64,000 nucleotides of DNA from Spirochaetia bacterium (GTDB lineage Bacteria; Spirochaetota; Spirochaetia; SZUA-6; Bin103). Under the pieces are notes generated by a model. It was not told the origin of the DNA and ran no database searches. It was given only the letters and a program-made list of their open reading frames with translations. The stretch lies in assembly GCA_965203905.1 (NCBI GenBank), contig CBDBDQ010000005.1, forward strand, positions 2,720,001 through 2,784,000, written 5' to 3'. Shown here in pieces: positions 39,004 through 46,123 of this stretch. Both the position numbers and the translations under genes were made by a program. How positions within the stretch are numbered: position 1 is the stretch's first letter; each line of letters starts with the position of its first letter.

Positions 39004-40011
39004 ATGAGAGCCTATCTCATCAGGAGGTTATTGCTCATAATTCCCACCTTGTTTATCTTGAGCATCCTGGTCTTTCTCTCGGTCCGCTTCATCCCGGGCG
39101 ATGTAATAGACACAATGGCGGCTAGGATGGCAGAGACGGGGGCGCTGGCATTCAAGATTGATCGTGAAGCTCTAGAGCAAATGCTGGGATTAGACGTGCC
39201 TGTCTACGTGCAGTATGGACGCTGGACAGGGGTGTCGCCAACCCCCGACTTTGTTACCAAGGAGTCTCACTTCAACGGTCTCCTCCAGGGCAGCCTTGGT
39301 GAATCACTGATGAGCTCTTTTACGGTAGAAGAGAAGATAATGGGCAGATTGCCAGTAACCATTCAGCTTGGTGTCATGGCAATCGTAATTGGGCTCGTGA
39401 TAGCGCTTCCGGTCGGCATCTACTCGGCGATGCGCCAGGATACCGCCGCCGACTACCTGGGGCGCTCGATCGCCATCCTCGGCCTGGCAACTCCCAACTT
39501 CTGGCTGGGACTTTTGGTCGTGCTCTACCCCGCCATCTGGTGGGGCTGGTCGCCGCCGATGGAGCTGATTCCTCTTGCCGAAGACCCGCTGGGGAATCTC
39601 CGGATGTTTCTCATTCCCAGCTTGATTGTGGGCACGGCCTCGGCTGCCGCCACCATGCGGATGACGCGCACCATGATGCTGGAGGTGCTCAGGCAAGACT
39701 ATATCAGGACCGCCTGGGCCAAGGGTCTCAGGGAGCGGGTGGTCGTCATGCGGCACGCCGTCAAGAACGCACTCATCCCGGTGGTTACCCTGATCGGCCT
39801 GCAGTTGCCGATCCTGATCGGTGGCTCGGTCATCATGGAGAACATATTCAACCTGCCGGGGTTGGGTCGTCTCATGGTGGTTGCGCTGAAAGATCGAGAC
39901 TATCCGGTGGTCTCCGGGGTCAACCTGTTCTTCGCCACCGCGGTGGTGCTGTTCAATCTCCTGATCGACCTGCTCTATTCCTGGCTGGACCCGAGGGTGC
40001 GGTATGAATGA
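39004..40011 (+). CDS. DppB-like permease (cassette 2)
   Basis: MRAYLIRRLL, QDYIRTAWAKGL. Confidence 0.9.
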   Translation: MRAYLIRRLLLIIPTLFILSILVFLSVRFIPGDVIDTMAARMAETGALAFKIDREALEQMLGLDVPVYVQYGRWTGVSPTPDFVTKESHFNGLLQGSLGESLMSSFTVEEKIMGRLPVTIQLGVMAIVIGLVIALPVGIYSAMRQDTAADYLGRSIAILGLATPNFWLGLLVVLYPAIWWGWSPPMELIPLAEDPLGNLRMFLIPSLIVGTASAAATMRMTRTMMLEVLRQDYIRTAWAKGLRERVVVMRHAVKNALIPVVTLIGLQLPILIGGSVIMENIFNLPGLGRLMVVALKDRDYPVVSGVNLFFATAVVLFNLLIDLLYSWLDPRVRYE

Positions 40012-40891
40012 GGCGCGCGGCCAGTTTGCCGATTTCTTCGGCAGGTTGTGGCGGCAGAAGCCCCTGGGCATCGCCAGCGGGATCGTCATCTTGATCCTGA
40101 TTCTGTTGGCGATCTTCGCCGATGCTCTGGCCCCCTATCCCGTCGATCAACTGAACCTGGCAGAAAGGCTGCAGGGCTCATCGACCCGCCATCTGCTGGG
40201 GACCGACCAGTTGGGCCGCGACCAGTTGAGCCGGCTGCTGGTCGGGGCACGGATCTCGCTGGTCGTTGGTCTGGCGGCGACCACGCTGAACGTGGTGGTC
40301 GCCACCCTGATCGGTGGCACCTCCGGATTCCTCGGGGGCAAGCTGGACCTGGCCGTGCAGCGGTTCGTCGATGCCTGGATGGCGTTCCCGGGGCTGCTGC
40401 TGTTGCTCACGATCATGTCGGTTGCGGGGCAGGGTCTGCCACAGATCATCGTGGTGCTGGGGATCGCCGGTGGCGTGGGCGGCTCGCGCGTGGTCAGAGG
40501 CGCGGTGGTGGCCACCAAGGAGAACGATTTTTTTCTGGCCGCCCGGGCGGTCGGCGCGCCGACGCGACAGGTCCTGGTGCGCCACGTCCTGCCCAACATC
40601 GTCGCGCCGCTGATCATCGTCTTCAGCATCAACGTCGGCGGCGTCATTCTGGCCGAGGCGAGCTTGAGCTTTCTCGGGTTCGGGCTGCCCGTCAGTGTCC
40701 CCAGCTGGGGAGGGATGCTCAGCCGGGAGGGGCGGCGGTTCATGGAGCAGGCGCCGTGGCTGGCGCTGTGGCCCGGGCTGTGCCTGACGATTGTGGTGTA
40801 CAGCTTCAACATGTTGGGTGATGCGATGCGGGACCTGCTCGATCCGCGGCTGCGCGGCGGGGGGCGTCTGGCTGCCGGCGGCGCCACGTAG
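40004..40891 (+). CDS. DppC-like permease (cassette 2)
   Basis: LGTDQLGRD, GDAMRDLLDPR. Confidence 0.9.
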   Translation: MNEARGQFADFFGRLWRQKPLGIASGIVILILILLAIFADALAPYPVDQLNLAERLQGSSTRHLLGTDQLGRDQLSRLLVGARISLVVGLAATTLNVVVATLIGGTSGFLGGKLDLAVQRFVDAWMAFPGLLLLLTIMSVAGQGLPQIIVVLGIAGGVGGSRVVRGAVVATKENDFFLAARAVGAPTRQVLVRHVLPNIVAPLIIVFSINVGGVILAEASLSFLGFGLPVSVPSWGGMLSREGRRFMEQAPWLALWPGLCLTIVVYSFNMLGDAMRDLLDPRLRGGGRLAAGGAT

Positions 40892-41329
40892 CCAGCGCGA
40901 CGCACCCCATGCGGCTCCCTAGTCGTGATGTCCCGCAGGTGGGTCTTGCCCGAGATGTTTTGCGCTCGATCACTCCGCCGCCGGCCGTCTTCGGCTGCGC
41001 GGCCCCGCCCTGCCGACCCGTGCGTGTGCGGCCGACCGGCAACCCGCGGGTCACGCCGATTACTTTGAGAGGCGCTCGGCTGAGTATTGATTTCCGCACT
41101 GGTCTCCTTACGCTGACCTGACACTGATGGCACATGGGCCAGCCCATTGCGGCACAGCCTGAAGACATACCGATGCGGCGCTACCCGCGCCTCGCTGGGA
41201 TGTCCGCCGTGAGGCAGACGTGGGCGGTGAACGGCCTGCGGCCGGCCACATCGCCGGCGAATGACGCCTCTGGTAGGGGCGATGCGGCGCCCTGAGGGGG
41301 CTCTCGGCTGCCGCGGCTGCCCAAATCTG

Positions 41330-41500
41330 GGGACGCGCCTGGATCGGAGTGGACCGCGGCGAGCTTGCAGGCCGAGCGGATCCTGAATGAGAAGCGTCGC
41401 CATCGCGAAAGCTCATTCGACGCCCATCCGACCCCCGGAGCGGGTCTCACTCACCTGGATCTGCGCTACTTCGAGGACGAATACCTACCGCGGGCGATTG
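41330..41500 (+). pseudogene. Fragment of an AlbA/Schlafen-domain ATP-binding regulator-like gene
   Basis: GRAWIGV then frameshift to ERILNEKRRHR..FDAHP....LDLRYFEDEYLPRA; no start and no C-terminal part. Confidence 0.45.
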
Positions 41501-41604
41501 TGGATGAACACTGGTTCGACGGCCCGAACAGCCGTTCCGGCGTGACGCTACTCTCCCAATCGGTGTATGCTGTGATCATCCGGGGTGGATGAGGTGATGA
41601 CGGC

Positions 41605-41976
41605 ATGAGCGGCGACACCATCGCGGTGCTGGGCGTCGGAGTGACGCTGCTGGGGGCGATCCTGACGTTCGGCTTCGCGGTGCTGGGCGCGCACCGCACG
41701 ACGCAGGCTATCCTGAACGCCCGCATGGACCGCATGGATCAGCGCATGGGCCGCATGGATCAGCGCATGGACCGCATGGATCAACGCTTCGACCGCGTGG
41801 AAGGGCTGTTGAACGATCTGCGGCGAGACGTGACGGATATCGACCGCCGCCTGTCGCGCATCGAAGGAGCGGTGTTGGGGCCGTGGCGCCCCGAGCCGCC
41901 TACAGAGCCGCCGCCGGAGCGGGAAGCGCGCCAGGAGCCGGTGCCGGCGGCCGGCACCGGCAGCCCCCGGCAATAG
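41605..41976 (+). CDS. Small membrane-anchored coiled-coil protein
   Basis: N-terminal TM helix, RMDRMDQ x3 (21-bp repeats at 41722-41784), RLSRIEG; GAGGTG RBS. Confidence 0.75.
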   Translation: MSGDTIAVLGVGVTLLGAILTFGFAVLGAHRTTQAILNARMDRMDQRMGRMDQRMDRMDQRFDRVEGLLNDLRRDVTDIDRRLSRIEGAVLGPWRPEPPTEPPPEREARQEPVPAAGTGSPRQ

Positions 41977-42052
41977 ACCGCAAGGGAGCACGCATGGCGG
42001 CGGACGACACCGCCGCCGCCGAACCGATTTTTCCGCATCACCGGGCGCACCG

Positions 42053-42150
42053 GCCCTGACAGGGCAGTTGGCGGAAAGCTGGTCGCAGCTCGACCCGCTG
42101 ACGTCTTTCGTCCAAGTTCGCCAGGGCGTTCACTGGCTGATAAGCCCCCA
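42053..42150 (+). pseudogene. About 100-bp internal fragment of a family-5 SBP gene
   Basis: ALTGQLAESWSQLDPLTSFVQVRQGVHW then frameshift to DKPP; matches SBP cassettes 1-3. Confidence 0.8.
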
Positions 42151-42230
42151 GTATTAAGGTTAAGGGATATGCGGATACGACACCTTGTGGGCTGCCAGAG
42201 CCGCGTGGCGCTGCGCTCGCTGTGACGGGA

Positions 42231-43643
42231 TCAGGCCATTCCGGCTGGAGCGTCGTGCGGCTGAGCGAGCAGGTCTTCGAGGAAGCACATGGTCTTCAGT
42301 ACGCCAACGTCGTCGCGCTGGTTACCGATGATCTGCAGGCCGATCGGCAGGCCGAGTCCGGTCTTGCCGACGCACACGGTACCCGCCGGGTTGCGCGTCA
42401 TGTTGATACCGTACGTGAAAGCGACCCAGCCGTCCGTCTCTTTGCCGTTGATCGTGCCGGAGGCCGAACCGGCCTTGGGAGTCTGGCCGCACGTGGTCGG
42501 CGTGAGGATGAAGTCTCCTGCCTGGAACGCGTCGACCAGCTTGGCGTTCAGATAGTGACAGGCATCGAGCGCCCGGGCGTAATCGACTCCGCTGACGTTT
42601 TCCATGCCGTGCTCGATCTGAGGTTTGAGCCCCTCGTCGATCTGGTCCCATTGCGGTGTGCCGCGCAGATCACCCTGAACTCGCGCACGGGATGCGGACC
42701 AGAACTGGTACCATGGTCCGCGGGGATCCTCTTCCCAGATGGTCTCACGCATGACCACGTCGACACCTGCGCCTCGGAGAGCCGAAATGGCCGCTTCGCA
42801 CTGCTGCATGATCTCCGAGTCGACCGTGGCGAATCCCATCGTCGGCGACCAGACGACGCGCCGCGGCCTGTTGTGCCGGTTCAGTGCGGTACGCCAGGAT
42901 TCGGCCGGCCGGGGCATCGAAAAGATGTCGGTCGGTTCGTGCTCCAGGACGGCATCCAGCGTATAGGCGACGTCACGAACCCGAAGTGCCATCGGCCCCT
43001 TGACGCTCAGGATCCCCGATCCGGGTGGGGACTTGCCACCGGCCGGCACCCGCCCCTGGCTTGGCTTGATGCCGCTGAATCCGCAGACCGACGCAGGAAT
43101 GCGAATGGAACCTCCGCCATCCGATCCGGTGCCCAGCGGGATCATGCCCGAGGCGAGCGCCGCCGCCGTTCCACCAGATGAACCTCCCGGACTGTAATCC
43201 GGGTTCCAGGGATTGCGCGTCGCCCCGAATGGCCGGTTGTCGGTCACTCCCTTGAAACCGAACTCGGGTGTGTTCGTCTTGCCCAGGATCACGCAACCAG
43301 CCTCGCGCAGCAGCGCGACCAGAACCGAGTCGTGTTGTGCGGGTGCGTCGTTGGCGTGCAGTTCGGCGCCGTAGGTCGTGACGAATCCGCGCGCATCCTC
43401 GAGATCCTTGACGCCTATCGGAATGCCGGCCAGCGGCCCTACCGGATCACCGTGCTTCAGGCGCGCATCGATCGCGTCGGCTTGCGCCAATGCATCCTCG
43501 AAGTTCACCGCGCAGAACGCGTTCAGCCGCGGGTTCAACGACTCGATGTTGCCGATTGCGGCTTGCGTCAAGTCACGAGCTGAGACCCGTCGCGAAAACA
43601 CGGCACCGACGAGTTGCTCAACCGTCGTCTCACGAAAGTCCAT
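42231..43643 (-). CDS. Amidase signature family protein
   Basis: GVKDL, GKTNTPEFG, PGGSSGG, GSDGGGSIRIPAS. Confidence 0.92.
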   Translation of the reverse strand: MDFRETTVEQLVGAVFSRRVSARDLTQAAIGNIESLNPRLNAFCAVNFEDALAQADAIDARLKHGDPVGPLAGIPIGVKDLEDARGFVTTYGAELHANDAPAQHDSVLVALLREAGCVILGKTNTPEFGFKGVTDNRPFGATRNPWNPDYSPGGSSGGTAAALASGMIPLGTGSDGGGSIRIPASVCGFSGIKPSQGRVPAGGKSPPGSGILSVKGPMALRVRDVAYTLDAVLEHEPTDIFSMPRPAESWRTALNRHNRPRRVVWSPTMGFATVDSEIMQQCEAAISALRGAGVDVVMRETIWEEDPRGPWYQFWSASRARVQGDLRGTPQWDQIDEGLKPQIEHGMENVSGVDYARALDACHYLNAKLVDAFQAGDFILTPTTCGQTPKAGSASGTINGKETDGWVAFTYGINMTRNPAGTVCVGKTGLGLPIGLQIIGNQRDDVGVLKTMCFLEDLLAQPHDAPAGMA

Positions 43644-43717
43644 GCAGGAGGAACCTCCGGCTTCCTCGCGGCTTTGTCAACGCACGTGGCGCCCACGGCG
43701 CCCCACGCGCCCAGGAC

Positions 43718-43843
43718 CTACCGGAACGCGGCGTAGTCCGGGCCGAGGAAGCCGGCGGCGATCTTGAGCTTAAGTACTTCGTCGGTACCCTCGTAGATGC
43801 GGCACACGCGCACGTCCTTGAGGTGGCGGCTGGGCCGGTAGAT
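43718..43843 (-). pseudogene. C-terminal remnant of an acyl-CoA dehydrogenase
   Basis: IYRPSRHLKDVRVCRIYEGTDEVLKLKIAAGFLGPDYAAFR*. Confidence 0.75.
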
Positions 43844-43850
43844 CGGGGGG

Positions 43851-43891
43851 AAACCACCGTGGTGGTGATGTAGCGGGCGAGATCAGCCGCC
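43851..43891 (-). pseudogene. 3' end and downstream flank of a second Uma2 copy
   Basis: Matches 35433-35497 with an internal deletion between GTG repeats. Confidence 0.75.
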
Positions 43892-44315
43892 GTGGACAGG
43901 GAAGAGGTTTATCGAACCGCCGTCTTGCGTCAGCCGAAACGATCCGCAGTGATTTACACGGGAGAGATTCCTGATGGAACGGCCGTTGTCTTGTGAACCC
44001 GGTGTCGAGCGGTTACGCGTTTGATCCGCTCCAGGGGCTTGTCGTAGTTCAAGCCGAGGTATTCGGCCGGCGGGGGAGTATCGTGCTGCAGCTCGCCCTG
44101 GACACCGGCGCTACTGGAACCATGATCAACGTCGGACCGCTTGCAGCCGTAGGGTATGACCCGTCGTTGCAGACTGAACGGATCCAGGTCACGACTGGAA
44201 GCGGCGTAGAATAGAATATGCTCCGAGGATCTCTGTCGTCCGCATGAAGGCGATTGGTCACGAGCGGACGAACTTTCCGGTCCTCGCTCATACTCTGCCT
44301 CCAAGCACGAGCGTC
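43892..44315 (+). pseudogene. Broken small-protein plus retroviral-like aspartyl protease pair
   Basis: DREEVYR...YTGEIPDGTAVVL* then LALDTGAT motif; TAGAA duplication near 44207-44216 creates stop/frameshift; 3' end truncated. Confidence 0.7.
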
Positions 44316-44408
44316 CTCGCCCACCACCATGGCCGCGGCCTCGGCAGCCTGACCTGCGCCGGGTGCAGGTACACCGACTCGTCGGCCTGCATGATGCGCC
44401 GCGGTTCC
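44312..44408 (-). pseudogene. Internal Uma2 fragment
   Basis: EPRRIMQADESVYLHP, nearly identical to 36058-36151. Confidence 0.85.
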
Positions 44409-44556
44409 CCGCTATGGAACAACTCATCGTTGAACGTGCATGCGCTCGACGGCTGCGCCGGCATCACGCAGGTGCGGGTCGCAACAGCAAGGCGGCCGAG
44501 CTTCCAACATCTCATCGTTTAGAAGCGTCGGCGAACCATACCCCGTAGAACAGGGT

Positions 44557-45540
44557 ATGGCCGGCGAGATCTCCAAGCCCCACGATCACCTGTTTCGCTC
44601 CGTATTCGGAGAAGACAAGGAAGCCGAGGCGGCCAGCCTGCTGCAGGCCTGCCTGCCGCCGGCGGTCAGCCGCGAATTGCTGTGGTCGAGCCTCAAGTGG
44701 CAGTCTGTGAGCTTCATCGACGACCGCCTGCGCGACAGCGAATCGGACCTGCTGTACGCGATCCGTCGCACCGCCGACGGCGCCTCGGCGTGGCTGTACG
44801 TGCTGCTGGAGCACCAGTCGACCCCGGACCCGTGGTTGCGGCTGCGGCTGCTGAAGTACAGCATCCGGATCTGGGAACGCGATCGGCAGCGGCATCCGCA
44901 GGAGCAACAGTTGCGCCCGATCGTGCCGCTGGTGCTGTATCAGGGCGGGCGCGTGTGGCGTGAAGCGCGTGAGTTCGCGGAGCTGTTTTCCGAGGTGGTG
45001 CGGGATTGGCCGGGAGTGCCGCGCTACGCGCACCTGTTGATCGATCAGACGCAGGCCGGACCGGAGGAGTTGCGCGGGGAGCTGCTCGGTCGCATCGCGC
45101 AACTGGCGATGATGGCGGCGTACCGGGCGAGCTGGCCGGTGTTGCAGCGGCTGGTGCCGCTGCTGGCGGAGTTGGCGCAGGCAGGCGGCAGCGAAGACCT
45201 GCAGCGGATCGTGGTGTACATTGCGGCCACGACACGGGAGCCGAAGCGCTGGCACCGATTCGCGGAGGCAGTCCGTCGCCAGGTGCCGGGAGGTGGAGAA
45301 CTGATGAACAAGACCGAGGAGATGATCGAGATATACGGCGACATGAGGGAGCGTGAGGGCCGCCAGGAAGGCCGCCAGGAAGGCGAGTTACGCGGCAAGG
45401 TGCAGACCATCGAGGGTCTCGTGGGACGCGATGTCCCCTGGTCCATCATCGAAGCGGCCACCGGAATCGACCAGGCCACCTTCGACCGGCTCAAGCGCCA
45501 ACTCGACACCGCTGACGGCAGCGCCACCCACTCCAACTAA
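44557..45540 (+). CDS. Rpn/YhgA-like recombination-promoting nuclease (Transposase_31)
   Basis: PHDHLFR, SFIDDRL...SDLLY, LLEHQSTPD, PIVPLVLY, EGRQEGRQEG. Confidence 0.9.
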   Translation: MAGEISKPHDHLFRSVFGEDKEAEAASLLQACLPPAVSRELLWSSLKWQSVSFIDDRLRDSESDLLYAIRRTADGASAWLYVLLEHQSTPDPWLRLRLLKYSIRIWERDRQRHPQEQQLRPIVPLVLYQGGRVWREAREFAELFSEVVRDWPGVPRYAHLLIDQTQAGPEELRGELLGRIAQLAMMAAYRASWPVLQRLVPLLAELAQAGGSEDLQRIVVYIAATTREPKRWHRFAEAVRRQVPGGGELMNKTEEMIEIYGDMREREGRQEGRQEGELRGKVQTIEGLVGRDVPWSIIEAATGIDQATFDRLKRQLDTADGSATHSN

Positions 45541-45566
45541 ACCACGCCCCCGCTGTCCCTGGCTTC

Positions 45567-45650
45567 CGGATGGCGGTGCTTCGGTGCCGGCGATGGCGCC
45601 AGCGCACCCCATCTCGCGCGCGTATTGAAACTGAACGTTCCAGATCAGCC
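45567..45650 (-). pseudogene. 5' remnant and upstream region of the second Uma2 copy
   Basis: CCGGATGGCGGTGCTTCGGTGC...CCATCTCGCGCGC...GAACGTTCCAGATC matches 36429-36510. Confidence 0.8.
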
Positions 45651-45682
45651 GGGAGCCGGCAACGCATCGAAAAAACGTGAGA

Positions 45683-45711
45683 TTGACAGTGCACGGCGGG
45701 CGGTGCATAGT
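45683..45711 (+). promoter_or_regulatory. Sigma70-type promoter, leader copy 3
   Basis: TTGACA-N17-CATAGT. Confidence 0.7.
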
Positions 45712-45735
45712 AGAGCGCTCAGGGATTCTTGGCTC

Positions 45736-45981
45736 ATGCCGACGACGCTCGACCATAGCACTCAGCGCTGTCACCCAGTTGACGCAGTTGGTTACTTCGC
45801 CCCCACCCACCCGGCCCCCACTTTTTCGAACCGAGAACAACTAACCGCTCCGGCTGATCGCCCCGTACGCGACCCCGCGCACGCCGTCGCGTTCACTACC
45901 GCCGTACCTGTCGGTGGCGCCGGCTACGGAAAACGGCAGTGCAAGGTGGTACTCAAAGAACCGCACGCACGCGCGGCGTGA
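45736..45981 (+). CDS. Putative leader peptide/uORF copy 3 (81 aa), interrupted C-tract at 45800-45819
   Basis: MPTTLDHSTQRCHP...LTAPADRPVRD. Confidence 0.5.
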   Translation: MPTTLDHSTQRCHPVDAVGYFAPTHPAPTFSNREQLTAPADRPVRDPAHAVAFTTAVPVGGAGYGKRQCKVVLKEPHARAA

Positions 45982-46042
45982 GCCGGGGTGAACCCGACGA
46001 GTTACACGCCGCGCGCTTCTGAGAACCTGACTCAAACTGGCA

Positions 46043-46118
46043 GCCCGCGTTGCGGCCCGAGAGTAGCCAGGAGGCGGCAATCCGCTGCGCAATACTCTCG
46101 AAAATCTACATACGGAGT
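46043..46118 (+). promoter_or_regulatory. Structured 5' UTR element, copy 3
   Basis: CCGC-GTT-GCGG, CGAGAGTA (46058-65) / TACTCTCG (46093-100), SD GGAG. Confidence 0.55.
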
Positions 46119-46123
46119 TACGT

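Noticed and set aside
45352-45385. GGCCGCCAGGAA tandem repeat
   Set aside because: Ordinary EGRQEG repeats typical of Rpn C-termini.
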